DNA of 56,854 nt, from positions 145,642-202,495 of the forward strand of contig JBGAIN010000001.1 in NCBI GenBank assembly GCA_044225505.1. Direction: 5' to 3'. The first letter of the stretch is position 1; every line of letters begins with the position of its first letter. Positions 1 to 10,562 of this stretch are shown here, piece after piece. The notes beneath the pieces were generated by a model. That model was given only the letters and a program-made list of their open reading frames with translations, had not been told where the DNA came from and did no database searches. This stretch comes from Limisphaerales bacterium (lineage in GTDB: Bacteria > Verrucomicrobiota > Verrucomicrobiia > Limisphaerales > SIBE01). The translations under genes and the position numbers were made by a program.

Positions 1-474
1 CATTCCGGTCTGCGTGGAAACGAGCGCTTCGCTAATACCGCGCGCGATCACATCGGAGGTTGAGCTTCCTCCAACGCCGATGGCGCGGAAGGTCAATAAC
101 ATCCCTAACACGGTGCCGAGTAGACCAAAGAGAGGCGCTGCCACGACCAGAACGTTCACAAACGCCAGGCGCCGATCAATCTCCGAGACAGTGGCCGCTT
201 CTACTTCCCTGAACCGTCCCTCAATCTCGCGAAGAATTCGGACTTCGTCTTGCGTGTACCGGATTAATTCCCGCAGCCTCCGAGGCGCTTCGTCTGGCTG
301 AGTTACCCAATGGCGCAGTTGAATATCCGACACCTTGCTCAAGCCGCGGTGATAGAGCTGAACGAGTAAATGCGCTGCCGACGCATAAGTCACTAAGGCC
401 AGCAGTGCCAGGGCTCCAAGAACCCATCCTCCGTTATGCCATGTATGCCAGGTCTCTTCTAAGAACGATTGCAT
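1..474 (-). CDS. MotA/TolQ/ExbB proton-channel family protein (runs off the window start)
   Basis: Not in the ORF track. Manual translation from ATG at 474 (GGAGG RBS upstream) gives MQSFLEETWHTWHNGGWVLGALALLALV...VAAPLFGLLGTVLGMLLTFRAIG...IARGISEALVSTQTGM, with the ExbB/TolQ APLxGLLGTVxGM and GISEAL motifs. Confidence 0.9.
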   Translation of the reverse strand, partial: MQSFLEETWHTWHNGGWVLGALALLALVTYASAAHLLVQLYHRGLSKVSDIQLRHWVTQPDEAPRRLRELIRYTQDEVRILREIEGRFREVEAATVSEIDRRLAFVNVLVVAAPLFGLLGTVLGMLLTFRAIGVGGSSTSDVIARGISEALVSTQTGM

Positions 475-492
475 AGTTCCTCCAGGTTTAAT

Positions 493-1919
493 TCAAGCGA
501 ACGTCTTCTCTTGATCGGGCACGCCGTTGACAAAGCCGACGGCCGTTTTCTCCATGCCACCAATGATTCCTTTGGCTTTTCGGCTCAAGAAAGCATGGAA
601 GAGCAGGGCGGGAATGGCCACCGCCATGCCGGTGGCAGTGCAAATAAGCGCTTCCGAAATCCCAGCTGCCAACAGCTTCGGATCGCCACTCCCAAAGCTG
701 GAAATCATTTTGAAGGTCGAGATCATGCCCATGACAGTGCCGAGCAGCCCCATCAAGGGACCAGTCGTGGCAGCCAACGCCAGGAACGGAATTCCACGCT
801 CGAGCCGAATCCGGGCACCGAGCATCTTTTCGTAGAGGACTTCTTCGATATACTCCTTCTTTTCAGACGCATGTTCGATAGCCGTGGCCAGGAGATCCCC
901 CGCCATTCCCGGGACAGCACGTGCCACATCTAACGCTTTTTGGCCGTGGCCGGCTTCCAGGTGCTGCAGGGCCTTTTGGAGCTCCGTTTCTGCGATCAAC
1001 GGAATCCGGGAGAGTTGCACCCACTTCAGTGCCGCGATGATCAATGAAGCGACGCCGAGTCCTAGGAGGGGAATCATGATCAATCCCCTTTAGCCAGGCG
1101 CTCGTAAAGACTCTCTTGCAAAGCGGCGAGCTTGAACGCGTTTCCGAGTGTTGGGTCTAACGGAAGCTGGCCCGAACCGGTCGTCACCAAACTGCGGGCG
1201 GCGTCCACGAGCGCTCGATCCGCAGCCATGACCGTCGGATCGGCTTTGTTCAATTCCTGTTGTAGCAGGCCAGCAACGGTACTCGAGGAGCCGGCAAATA
1301 CCGCGACCGGCCCCACGAGCGCAACCTTCCCCGATTGAACCAATCCTTGGCGGTCCAAAGCTTTGCCCTCAAAGATCTCACCGCCGAGAGCCCCTTCACC
1401 TCGGCCCAGCGCCGTGCGTAGTAAATCAAAGCGTTGTGTAAACTTGGCGGTCGGAGAAAGGTCCGGTGCGGACGCGGCCTTTTCTGCCGCGTCGAAAACG
1501 GTCTTGTAGCGTGGTTCCTCAATGAAGCTGATGCGGGAGCGGAAAGACCGGGCATATTCGGTCAGCAAGGATTCCACGTAGCGGGTCTCCTCTGACTGTC
1601 GTTTCGCCTCGCCTTTCAACGCATTCAATTCGACGAGTTGGTTTTCTTGAAAACGCTGGGCCTTCGCCAATTCCGCGCGTTGAGAAATCAGTTTTTGTTC
1701 GAGTTCGTTCACTTGCCGGGCCAGTTGGACGCGTTCCCCTTCAACTTGTTGACGGAGAGTCGCCAATTCAGCCAAGGACTTCTTAAGATCTGCGCTCGCT
1801 CCCGAAGCAACGGCGTCTGCGTCAGCGGCATGGAGCGCTACCGGCGCGGCGACGAGCACGGCTAGAAGTATCTTCTTAGTGAGAATCATGGCAGAAACCG
1901 CTTGTTTGGCTTGGCTCAT
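493..1919 (-). pseudogene. Large MotA/TolQ/ExbB protein (coiled-coil N-terminus + ExbB domain) split by a 1-nt frameshift at ~1085-1088 (pseudogene or assembly indel)
   Basis: ORF 1080..1919 (signal peptide, coiled coil) ends LAKGD*. ORF 493..1083 carries TGPLMGLLGTVMGM and GISEAL. One extra G in the GGGG run restores LAKGGLIMIPLL. Confidence 0.8.
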
Positions 1920-2683
1920 CGGATGGCGACAGGTAAGGGAACAAATCGGGCGCTTCGCTCATTGCGATAGATTTTGACAACCTCTTGCACAGAAGGCCCG
2001 AGCGCTGGTTGAATCGTCCATTCCCAGCCCTTTTCATTGGGAGTCCCCGTTCCGGCCAAGTCGCCGGTCGAACTTACGAAATAAGCCGCCCCTAGTCCGA
2101 CATAAACGGTGTCCACCGCGACTTCATCCCCCTTTTGGTTCTTTCGTTTCTCGTTAAAGATCGTGACGGCATTGTTGAACTTATCGATTTCGTTCAGAGC
2201 GCCGACCACTGCTTGCATTCGTTCCGCCGCCGTTAAGCGAGTCTTGGTCGTATCGCTCGGAAACCGGTTGAGGATGGGCTTTAGCGTTTCTTGCAGAGGA
2301 GCAGGGAGCCTCGGGGCAAGGGACGTAATCTTGGCTTCCAGAGTTCCCGCCTGTTCACGGACCCAATCGAGACTCTGGTTGGATGCCTGCAAGAGTTCGG
2401 TGGCTTGGGCGCGTTCCTTTTCCACTTGAGTATTGTTCGTGGAAAGCTTGGACATTTGCTCCTGGATCGAAGCGAGCTCCCTTTCGAATAGCTGCGCCGT
2501 CTGCTGCAACATTTCCTTGTCTGCCTGCCAATCCGCCGTCGTTTTGGAAATTAGTTGTCGGGCCTCGACCCATTTCTCCAAACTAACGCGAGCTTGGTCC
2601 AGCGAGCTTTCGGCACCCAACGTGAGCAGCGTTGCCGTCATGGTGGCGATCATCCAAGGCGCTTTGACTATGCAGCGAACCAT
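1916..2683 (-). CDS. DUF3450-like periplasmic coiled-coil protein of a TonB/ExbB operon
   Basis: 255 aa, signal-like N-terminus, coiled coil, C-terminal VYVGLGAAYFVS...GWEW. Lies directly upstream of two ExbB-like genes, overlapping the next ORF by 4 nt. Confidence 0.7.
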   Translation of the reverse strand: MVRCIVKAPWMIATMTATLLTLGAESSLDQARVSLEKWVEARQLISKTTADWQADKEMLQQTAQLFERELASIQEQMSKLSTNNTQVEKERAQATELLQASNQSLDWVREQAGTLEAKITSLAPRLPAPLQETLKPILNRFPSDTTKTRLTAAERMQAVVGALNEIDKFNNAVTIFNEKRKNQKGDEVAVDTVYVGLGAAYFVSSTGDLAGTGTPNEKGWEWTIQPALGPSVQEVVKIYRNERSARFVPLPVAIR

Positions 2684-2706
2684 GGATTTACCGTATGCGT
2701 TCGCTA

Positions 2707-2744
2707 TGACGCCAGAACGGCGGTTGTGTTACAATTCCGTGACG
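2707..2744 (-). promoter_or_regulatory. Regulatory site upstream of the DUF3450-ExbB operon: 11-bp-phased CGTCACG/TGTAACA pair (Pho-box-like), also readable as an ECF-type TGTAAC-N16-CGTCA promoter
   Basis: Minus strand reads cgtcacggaat tgtaacacaac cgccgttctgg cgtca. Confidence 0.4.
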
Positions 2745-2889
2745 AACTTTGTTCGGCTTTGACGAGTTCGTTGAAGTGCGGGCGACCGTCAAGGGTTCTC
2801 CGCGCTCGATGCGGGACTTTCAAGTGCCGCCGTCGAAGGACTGTCGTCTCCGGGCTTGGCTTTGGAAATACTTGAAGTAAGAATAACGC

Positions 2890-3609
2890 GTGGACCATGG
2901 TCCTTCCGTAGACGCTTTCGCTACCACCCACTGGAGTGTCGTACTTGCTGCCGGCGGAACGAGCACGCTCGGATCTCGCCAAGCCTGGGAACAACTCGCA
3001 CGCGCTTATTGGCGGCCACTTTACGGTCACGTGCGCCGTCGAGGCCGTCCGCACCAGGATGCCGAGGACCTCGTGCAAAGCTTCTTTACCCGCCTTATCG
3101 AACGGCCTGTCATCCAACAGTCTCATCAAGAACGCGGACGCTTCCGAACCTTTCTGCTCACGGCATTCGACAATTTCCTCGCGAATGAATATGACCGTGC
3201 GTCCGCGCTAAAGCGCGGCGGCGGCTTGGAGTTTATCTCCTGGTCGGATGCCGAATCCAACATTGAGCCGCGGGCTCTCAGCTCGCCGATTGAGCGCCAG
3301 TTTGACCGAGACTGGGCTCGGACGGTCCTGGCTCGAGCGTTGGGACGGCTTGAGCAGGAATTCACGCAAGATGGGAAACAGCAACAGTTTGCTGCGCTGG
3401 CGCCTTTCCTCACCCAGCCACCTGGACCTGGTGACTACGAGCGGATCGCTCTTCACATCGGCGTTCGGGCATCTCTCATGGCCACAATTGTTTCCCGCCT
3501 GCGACGGCGCTTCCGAGAATTGGTTCGCATGGAGATTGCCAGCACCGTCGTTACCGTGACCGAAGTTGATGAAGAGTTTTCCTATCTGGTTGATCTCGTG
3601 GCAAGTTGA
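2890..3609 (+). CDS. ECF sigma-70 factor, kinase-associated type (module 1)
   Basis: FATTHWSVV N-terminal motif, YWRPLY, DAEDLVQSFF (sigma2), GRFRTFLL, FDRDWA, C-terminal HTH VSRLRRRF. Directly upstream of a kinase. Confidence 0.9.
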   Translation: MDHGPSVDAFATTHWSVVLAAGGTSTLGSRQAWEQLARAYWRPLYGHVRRRGRPHQDAEDLVQSFFTRLIERPVIQQSHQERGRFRTFLLTAFDNFLANEYDRASALKRGGGLEFISWSDAESNIEPRALSSPIERQFDRDWARTVLARALGRLEQEFTQDGKQQQFAALAPFLTQPPGPGDYERIALHIGVRASLMATIVSRLRRRFRELVRMEIASTVVTVTEVDEEFSYLVDLVAS

Positions 3610-3740
3610 TCTTAGGGGGGAGTAAGGGGCTCACGTTTCTCCTCATTTTCTGCAATTCACGTTTCGGAATTCTTTAGAAGGAGAATGAAATTGCATGACA
3701 GCCGCCCGCGAAAACATTCCCGCTAGTTGCCCGCGTTGCG

Positions 3741-6700
3741 GTGCGACCAATTGCGAGCAGACCGGCGTCCGTGTCACTTCGCGAGGAAGAGGCTATTCCG
3801 CCTATGGAAGAGGAATTAGCCTGTGTCTTGCCTTCAACCCTGACCCATTCCGGCTTGCGGCCGAGGTTTGGCGATTACGAATTGCTCGACGAAATCGCCC
3901 GCGGTGGCATGGGGGTTGTCTACCGCGCTCGTCAGGTTGCGCTCAATAGGATCGTTGCCGTAAAAATGCTCTTGTTTGGCGGACTGGCCGACCCTGATCG
4001 ACGACGTCGCTTTCAGACGGAAGCAGCTGCCACGGCTGCCCTGGAACACCCCCACATCGTCCGCATTTTGGATGTCGGCACGCAGGACGGACAACCTTTC
4101 ATCGCGATGGACTTCATCGCCGGAACGAATCTAGCCCAGGCGGTTCGTGAACGGCCATTGGCCGCCCGTCAGGCAGCGGGGTATGCGGCCAAGATTGCTC
4201 GAGCGATTGATTTCGCCCATCAGCGCGGAGTCCTGCATCGGGACTTGAAGCCTTCCAACGTGCTGCTGGATGTCTTCGATGAGCCGCGAGTGACCGACTT
4301 TGGACTCGCGCGCAACTTGGCGGACGATGGCGATCTCACGACGACTGGCCAAATGCTTGGGTCGCCCAGCTTCATGTCGCCGGAACAAGCAAGTGGCGAC
4401 GTGCGGCGGATAGGACGCTCCAGTGACGTCTATGGACTCGGAGCGATCTTATACCACTTGTTGACGGCTCGTCCGCCATTTCTCGAAGAATCCTTTCAGG
4501 CCACATTGGCGGCTGTAGGGCAACGTGAACCTATACCCCTTCGCCAATTGAACGAGAAGGTTCCAAGAGACCTCGAAACCATCTGCCTCAAGTGCCTGGA
4601 AAAGGCGCCTTCACGCCGGTATCAAACCGCGCTGGACCTGGCCGATGAATTGGATCGCTTCCTCAAGGACGAGCCGATCCGCGCGCGTCCAGTGTCCCGT
4701 TTCGAATACGGGTGGCGTTGGTGCTGCAGGAAACCGGCCTTGGCGACAGCCTACTTCTTCCTGCTGTTACTCCTGGCCGTCATCTTGATCGGTTCTCCGC
4801 TGGCCGCGTTGCGTATTAACCATGAGCGCGAACGCGCCGAAGCCATCGCCGACAGGGCACGAAGAAGCGCCTACGCTTCGGACATGCTTCTGGCATGCGA
4901 AGCATTGGAAAACAGGAATCGTGGCCGTGTCCGCGGTCTGCTGGAGAAGCATAATTGGACGAACGCTGCCCTGGGTTTACTGCAGCCCGCTTCCGATGTT
5001 CCCGATGACCTTCGCGATTGGGAATGGCGCTATCTCTGGAATCAATCCCAGAGCGATGAATTGTCGACACTCGTTACCTATGCGAACGCGCCCTGGGTTG
5101 CGTCGTGGGCACCTTCGGGCAAAGACGTGGTAACGGCGGTGGCTCATCCATCGGTGGCAAACTCGAGCGTGATGCAACGGTGGAATGTCTCTGACCAAAG
5201 GGCCACCGAGACGTTCGAACGACCTGGACGCGTGCGACAGTTCCAATTCTTACCGAATGGCGAACTGCTGGTGGTTGGGGAGCGGGATCAACGGATCGAC
5301 GTGCATAATGTCTTAACGGGCCGTTCCCGATCGTTTGCAACCGGGGAAGACTCGCTCTTTGCGGTGTCCTTATCTGCGGATGGTAAGATTCTTGGGGCGG
5401 GTGGCCAAACCTGGGTCCGTCTCTGGAATGTTGAGACTGAGCACGAAATCGCGCGCCTCGATCCCGGCGGCGATATGGCCGCGTCCGAACGAGCCATAGC
5501 GCTTTCAAACGATGGGAAGCGATTTGCGTACTATAGATCAACGGGACCGACGGACGATCGGTCGATTTCGATCGTGCTCTGGGATGTGGAGAAGAGCGAA
5601 TTGCTCGAAGAATTCAAGGGCCACAACGATCGTATCTACCAGTTGGATTTCTCGGCGGCCAAGCGCTTTCTGGCGTCCGGCAGCCACGATAAGACAGCTC
5701 GGCTCTGGGATCTGCAAACCCAGCGACCCCGATTCGTATTTTCAGGCCACGCGGCTCCCATCAGCGCTCTCGCTTTCTCGCCTGACGGTCAGACTCTGGC
5801 GACGGGCAGTTTCGATCAAACGATTCGCCTTTGGGATACTGGAACGGGCAAGGAAATCGCCGCATGGCAGGGCCATACGGATTGGGTTACCTCACTAGCA
5901 TTTTCCCCAAGCGGTGAACGAATTGCTTCCACAAGTAGAGATGGAACCGTTCGTTTGTGGAAGACCCAACGCCCGGCAAGAGAGAGCAGCTTCAAGTCCA
6001 ACTCTCCCTTCGTCGCCGCCACAAGATTCTCGCCGGCAGGAGATGGGTTTTGGACGTTCGACGGCACAGATGTCGTGACTCTGTGGAATCCGACGAACCT
6101 GACAGCAACGACTCGCTTTCACACTTCCGAAGACACCCGTGAGCGGGTGGCAACCTCGCCCGGCGGCCAATTCATGGCCTTCCAGGTCGCTGATAACAAT
6201 GTCCGCATTTACAGCACGAACCCATTCCGCCCGGTCGTTGAACTGAGCGGCGACACAAATAACGTTCGGCGCCTGGCCTTTTCCAGAAACGGCCAGATAC
6301 TCGCAGTCGCCCGGGACAATGCGCCACGGGGAACCACCCGGACGATCGTCCTCTGGGAGTGGGACCAAGCCAAACAATTGGCATCTCTCAACGTTCGACA
6401 AGGCATTGTCGCTGACATCTCTTTCTCATCCGATGACGAACTGCTCGCTGTGGGTTACCGGGATGGAGTCGTGGAAGTCTGGCGCCGGCAAGATGGAAAG
6501 AATATCGCGAGCTTCCAAGGACAAAAGGATAGTGCGGCCCCAGTTCTCATCTTAGCTGACAATTCCAGAGTTGCTTGCGCCAGTGAGAAATCTGGACTCA
6601 TCAGAATCTGGGACCTACAGAAGCAAACCGAAATCAACACGCTCCACGGAGAGCTGACAACGTCCATCAACCTTGCTGAATCCACGGATGGTCGCAGATT

Positions 6701-6911
6701 GGCCGTAGGAGACGGTGACGGTGCCATCAAAATTTGGGATCTCGAGAGCTATACCGAAGTCGCAATCCTCCGCGGGCATCAGGAGCCTGTTCAGACGCTG
6801 GCATTCTTGCCTGATGGTAACACGCTGACCTCGGTCAGCCGCGAATCCATGCGTGTCTGGCGCGCGGCATCTATCGCTGACGCTGCCCCGTCTCGATCTA
6901 AGAAGCAGTAA
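3741..6911 (+). CDS. Membrane Ser/Thr protein kinase with C-terminal WD40 repeats (module 1); N-terminal Cys knuckle is out of frame
   Basis: [29 protein letters not shown] motifs; TM segment [24 protein letters not shown]; many GH...WD/WK repeats. The natural start is probably ATG 3695, in another frame. Confidence 0.92.
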   Translation: MRPIASRPASVSLREEEAIPPMEEELACVLPSTLTHSGLRPRFGDYELLDEIARGGMGVVYRARQVALNRIVAVKMLLFGGLADPDRRRRFQTEAAATAALEHPHIVRILDVGTQDGQPFIAMDFIAGTNLAQAVRERPLAARQAAGYAAKIARAIDFAHQRGVLHRDLKPSNVLLDVFDEPRVTDFGLARNLADDGDLTTTGQMLGSPSFMSPEQASGDVRRIGRSSDVYGLGAILYHLLTARPPFLEESFQATLAAVGQREPIPLRQLNEKVPRDLETICLKCLEKAPSRRYQTALDLADELDRFLKDEPIRARPVSRFEYGWRWCCRKPALATAYFFLLLLLAVILIGSPLAALRINHERERAEAIADRARRSAYASDMLLACEALENRNRGRVRGLLEKHNWTNAALGLLQPASDVPDDLRDWEWRYLWNQSQSDELSTLVTYANAPWVASWAPSGKDVVTAVAHPSVANSSVMQRWNVSDQRATETFERPGRVRQFQFLPNGELLVVGERDQRIDVHNVLTGRSRSFATGEDSLFAVSLSADGKILGAGGQTWVRLWNVETEHEIARLDPGGDMAASERAIALSNDGKRFAYYRSTGPTDDRSISIVLWDVEKSELLEEFKGHNDRIYQLDFSAAKRFLASGSHDKTARLWDLQTQRPRFVFSGHAAPISALAFSPDGQTLATGSFDQTIRLWDTGTGKEIAAWQGHTDWVTSLAFSPSGERIASTSRDGTVRLWKTQRPARESSFKSNSPFVAATRFSPAGDGFWTFDGTDVVTLWNPTNLTATTRFHTSEDTRERVATSPGGQFMAFQVADNNVRIYSTNPFRPVVELSGDTNNVRRLAFSRNGQILAVARDNAPRGTTRTIVLWEWDQAKQLASLNVRQGIVADISFSSDDELLAVGYRDGVVEVWRRQDGKNIASFQGQKDSAAPVLILADNSRVACASEKSGLIRIWDLQKQTEINTLHGELTTSINLAESTDGRRLAVGDGDGAIKIWDLESYTEVAILRGHQEPVQTLAFLPDGNTLTSVSRESMRVWRAASIADAAPSRSKKQ

Positions 6912-6916
6912 TCTCT

Positions 6917-7810
6917 ATGAGGAATAGAAACGATACCTCGATCGCCTGCCCTTTAAGGTCGGTCTCTCCTTATCCCGCGACTCGACCTCTTACGTCCGCG
7001 GGCGATGCGCGGATAGGACGTTCCCGCATCTCTGCGTTCACGTTGATTGAGCTGCTGGTGGTCATTGCTATCATTGCGGTTTTGGCGTCGCTGCTGTTGC
7101 CTGCGCTGGCGTTGGCTAAGAACAAAGCTCGAGCTATCGCGTGCTTGAACAACCTCAAGCAAATGGGGTTGGCATGGACCATGTACTGCGACGAGAATAA
7201 CGATCGATTGCCTCCAAATGAGAACTACGGAACGGACCACGGCTCCTTTAGCTGGGTTCGAGGCCAACTCGATCCGGCCGGCTCGACCGCCAATACCAAT
7301 ACCACGTTTCTAACCTCAAGCCTACTGGCTACGTATCTTAACTCCTCAATCCCGGTTTGGAAGTGTCCCGGCGACAGATCCACTTCACGTCATGGCGGCA
7401 GGCTCTTTCCGCGGGTCCGCAGCTATTCGATGAATTGTTATTGCAACATGACCGGCGCATCTGCCGATGAGTTGGCGAACTCTCCGTACAAAGTGTTCCG
7501 CAAGTCCGCTGACATCGTCGTGCCCAGCGGCATCTTTGTCCTGATCGATGAGCGTGCTGAAACCATCAATAATGGCATGTTCGCCATGCAGGCCGAGAAT
7601 CTCGAGGATGCCCGTAAGACCTGGTTTGTCGACGGCGTGGCGAGCTATCACAACCGCGGAGGAGTCCTGAGTTTCGCGGACGGCCATGCGGAACCGAAAC
7701 GTTGGAGAGATCCGCGCACGTCGGGCAAATGGGATTTTGTCAATGGGAGCCCAAGCCCAAATAATCCGGATATTCTGTGGCTTTACGGGCGCGCCACGTT
7801 CCGTAAGTGA
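6917..7810 (+). CDS. Prepilin-type N-terminal cleavage/methylation protein with C-terminal H-X9-DG motif
   Basis: [48 protein letters not shown]. Confidence 0.9.
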   Translation: MRNRNDTSIACPLRSVSPYPATRPLTSAGDARIGRSRISAFTLIELLVVIAIIAVLASLLLPALALAKNKARAIACLNNLKQMGLAWTMYCDENNDRLPPNENYGTDHGSFSWVRGQLDPAGSTANTNTTFLTSSLLATYLNSSIPVWKCPGDRSTSRHGGRLFPRVRSYSMNCYCNMTGASADELANSPYKVFRKSADIVVPSGIFVLIDERAETINNGMFAMQAENLEDARKTWFVDGVASYHNRGGVLSFADGHAEPKRWRDPRTSGKWDFVNGSPSPNNPDILWLYGRATFRK

Positions 7811-7873
7811 GCAGAGGGCGGCACCTCATATTGTGTCTTTGACTAGGGTCGCAGTGTCGGTACGCTTCCGTTC

Positions 7874-8824
7874 ATGTCCGTGACGCGTTGTATTGGGCTT
7901 GTTTTGTTTTTCCTTGGGTCTCAGTCGCTGATTGCGGCCAACCCAGTGATGCCCGGAGCCGATCCTCACGCGATTGTGTTGGGCAACACCCTCTGGATTT
8001 ATCCTACCTGGACGGATGGACCGACACAGCGCTTTTTTGCGTTCTCTTCCACCAATGCAACCGACTGGCAACGGCATGGGCCGGTGCTTGATTTTGAAAA
8101 TATCTCCTGGATTCGCGATGACCATCAAGCAGTCCATTACGCGTGGGCGCCTTCCGTCCTCCAAGGAAAAGGTGGACAGTTCTACTTTTACTACTCGGTT
8201 GGGCCGCAAAACCCCACGCCGTCTCGTATCGGCGTGGCAGTTGGAGAGAGCCCAGCCGGTCCGTTTCGGGATTCAGGCCAACCGTTGCTGACAGGCGGCG
8301 GTGGTTTCGAAGCGATCGATCCGATGGCCTTTGCGGACCCAAAATCGGGGACCACTTATCTTTACGCCGGCGGCAGTGCTGGGGCCAAGCTCCGCGTCTT
8401 TGAGCTCAATTCCGATCTCGTCAGCTTGGCGCGTGAAGTCCCGGTCGAAACTCCTCCCGAGTTTACAGAGGGCGTCTTTATGCATTTCCGCGACGGGCGT
8501 TACTATCTCTCCTATAGTCATGGAGGATGGCGGCACTCCTCCTATTCTGTGCACTATGCGACTTCGGACAATCCTGTTGGGCCCTGGACGTATCGTGGCG
8601 CGATCCTAACGAGCGATGAGCGGCGTAAGGGGCCTGGGCATCATTCGTTTTTTTGCAGTCCGGGCACGGGCGAATGGCGAATTGTCTATCACCGCTGGGA
8701 AAATCAGAGTGGGGACGGACCTTATCGCGGATTTCGGCAGGTCTGCATCGATACTGTGGAGTATGATGAGAACGGGCTGATTCGCCCGATCCACATGACG
8801 GGAGGAACCGCGGCAACCATGTGA
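7874..8824 (+). CDS. Secreted glycoside hydrolase family 43
   Basis: Signal peptide; NPV..GADP, WAP, AIDP, EG motifs, GPW..RG, KGPGHHSF, VYH typical of the five-bladed GH43 fold. Confidence 0.88.
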   Translation: MSVTRCIGLVLFFLGSQSLIAANPVMPGADPHAIVLGNTLWIYPTWTDGPTQRFFAFSSTNATDWQRHGPVLDFENISWIRDDHQAVHYAWAPSVLQGKGGQFYFYYSVGPQNPTPSRIGVAVGESPAGPFRDSGQPLLTGGGGFEAIDPMAFADPKSGTTYLYAGGSAGAKLRVFELNSDLVSLAREVPVETPPEFTEGVFMHFRDGRYYLSYSHGGWRHSSYSVHYATSDNPVGPWTYRGAILTSDERRKGPGHHSFFCSPGTGEWRIVYHRWENQSGDGPYRGFRQVCIDTVEYDENGLIRPIHMTGGTAATM

Positions 8825-9254
8825 GGCCGACAGAGTGAGGCCGCTGTCGCAGAGTAAGTTAGATTATTCGAAACGTGGCGCGTTGCTTTAGCCAGTCCAA
8901 TTCATTCCTTCCATTGACATGACTGAATTCGGGCGGCGGTAAAATTTACCCAACGCATTCGTTAGTGTCTGGTTCAGAGTGAGTTGCGATCCGATCACCG
9001 ATTGCTGATCGACCGAGAACACTGGCGCCCCAGCCGGGACGCCGTGACACGAAGCCCGGCACTTCCAGTAACGGGTACCCGCGTTCCTAGACCGCGAACT
9101 CCTGCAGAGACAGGTGTGCCTCAGCCAATGCCAGAGGCAACGTGACGTCGGTGGATCCGATCTGCAATTGCGGACGGCAAGGAGATGCGGCTCGCCCAGG
9201 TCCGAATCTACGTCCCGGCGTTAAGGTCCGTGGCAACGCCCGTCGTCATTCGAG

Positions 9255-9298
9255 GCAAGGCCGGTGCAAGGCCGGTGCAAGGCCGCTGCAGGGCCGGT
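9255..9298 (+). repeat. Tandem repeat, 4 x 11 bp (GCAAGGCCGGT)
   Basis: gcaaggccggt gcaaggccggt gcaaggccgct gcagggccggt. Confidence 0.9.
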
Positions 9299-9706
9299 CA
9301 GGGAGCGGCGTTGAACCGGGATTCCTTGGGCCTTGGACCCGGGTTGGTCCAGATCAAACGCGAAACTCGGCTTTTGCCACGGTCACTCGTCCGCTAAACG
9401 CTCGGTTGCAATGGCAGAAACTCCCGAAATTTGTCGTTAGCTCTTCGTGCAGCGGTAGATCTGACCCGCTCAGCAATTGCTGATCGGCTGATGCAAAAAG
9501 ACAAAGACGGGCACCGCGGAATTCATGAGGAGCAAACTTGCTCGCCGGTCGCCACCGGGTTGTGGCTTGGATTCGCGTGGCCGCGCAAGTTCTCATTGGG
9601 GGCGACTTTCGTGACGAGAGTTCGGTTGAGTCCTTCGGTAGTTTCCAATGTGGCTTATCGCACGCAACGCTACCGTTCCGTGCCACTCGTGGAAAACGAG
9701 CAACGG

Positions 9707-9730
9707 GGAAGTGACATTTGTGTCACTTCC
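9707..9730. promoter_or_regulatory. Perfect 10-bp inverted repeat GGAAGTGACA-N4-TGTCACTTCC, candidate operator
   Basis: Seen directly, ~90 nt upstream of ATG 9822. Confidence 0.45.
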
Positions 9731-9821
9731 GGGCCCGCCCCCTTCTCAAACGTCTGGCAACGATGTTATGAGGTGCAAAGGACCGTCATTAGGGACAGTC
9801 CGTTTCGAGAACAGACTACTT

Positions 9822-10361
9822 ATGAATCACACAAACAGCGCCACCGAAGGCGGATTGATTGTCTTACTGGCGGAAGCCCAGCCCAAGAAAGTCGTTTCAG
9901 TCCGAAGCACCTTTGAGCGCCTCCGAATCCTGGAGCGATTAGTCCGAGTTGCCAACGGCTCAGATGTCCTCAGTTACCTGCATGGCGAGGGCATCTACAG
10001 CGACCGGTTGAATTATCCCTTTCCCAGCCTCTTGTTACTGAGCCGTAAACTTCCCGTCCTTTCCGGGGTGGCGGTTCTTTGCTGTTTGCGGAGCGAACCG
10101 CGATTCGAGCATCTCCCGGTCGTCTTGGTAAGCAGTTCTTTCACTCGTGCCCAAATCGCGACCGCGACTTGGATGGGAGCGGCATGCTGCAGCCACCGGG
10201 AGTCTGCGGAGGCGCTGATGCAAGCGATGACGCGTGCGGGGAGCCTAGCGTTGCGGCCAGAACAAGATCGAGAGGATTTGTCACGCCTCATGCTTAGCGG
10301 GAGCAATGTGCAACAATCTTGGCGCAACTCCGATGGATTGATGACGGTCGGCTTGGGGTAG
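9822..10361 (+). CDS. Atypical single-domain response-regulator receiver (pseudo-receiver)
   Basis: LIVLLAE, NGSDVLSYLHGEG.YSDR..YPFPSLLLLSRKLP..SG..VL..LR....LPVVLVSSS is an Rcp1/CheY-like pattern, but the phospho-acceptor Asp is replaced by Ser. Confidence 0.7.
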   Translation: MNHTNSATEGGLIVLLAEAQPKKVVSVRSTFERLRILERLVRVANGSDVLSYLHGEGIYSDRLNYPFPSLLLLSRKLPVLSGVAVLCCLRSEPRFEHLPVVLVSSSFTRAQIATATWMGAACCSHRESAEALMQAMTRAGSLALRPEQDREDLSRLMLSGSNVQQSWRNSDGLMTVGLG

Positions 10362-10562
10362 TGGGCCGCGTCTTTATCAATGTTTTCGAGATTGCTTCGA
10401 AACCTTCGCGAAAGCGTCACTTCGCCATGGCAATGTCGCCAGCGAGCACGCGGAGCCAGCGGACAGCGACGATTAACTCTTGAATGGGCGAGGGTGCTAG
10501 GCAGGCAGAGGCGCTGCTAGACCTCGTTACCGGTAAGTTCGCTGGGTTTGACGTCAACATCT

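Noticed and set aside
9255..9298. CRISPR array
   Set aside because: The units are contiguous 11-mers without spacers, and there are no cas genes.
9707..9730. CRP/FNR site
   Set aside because: The GTGA-TCAC spacing is 8 nt, not the 6 nt required.
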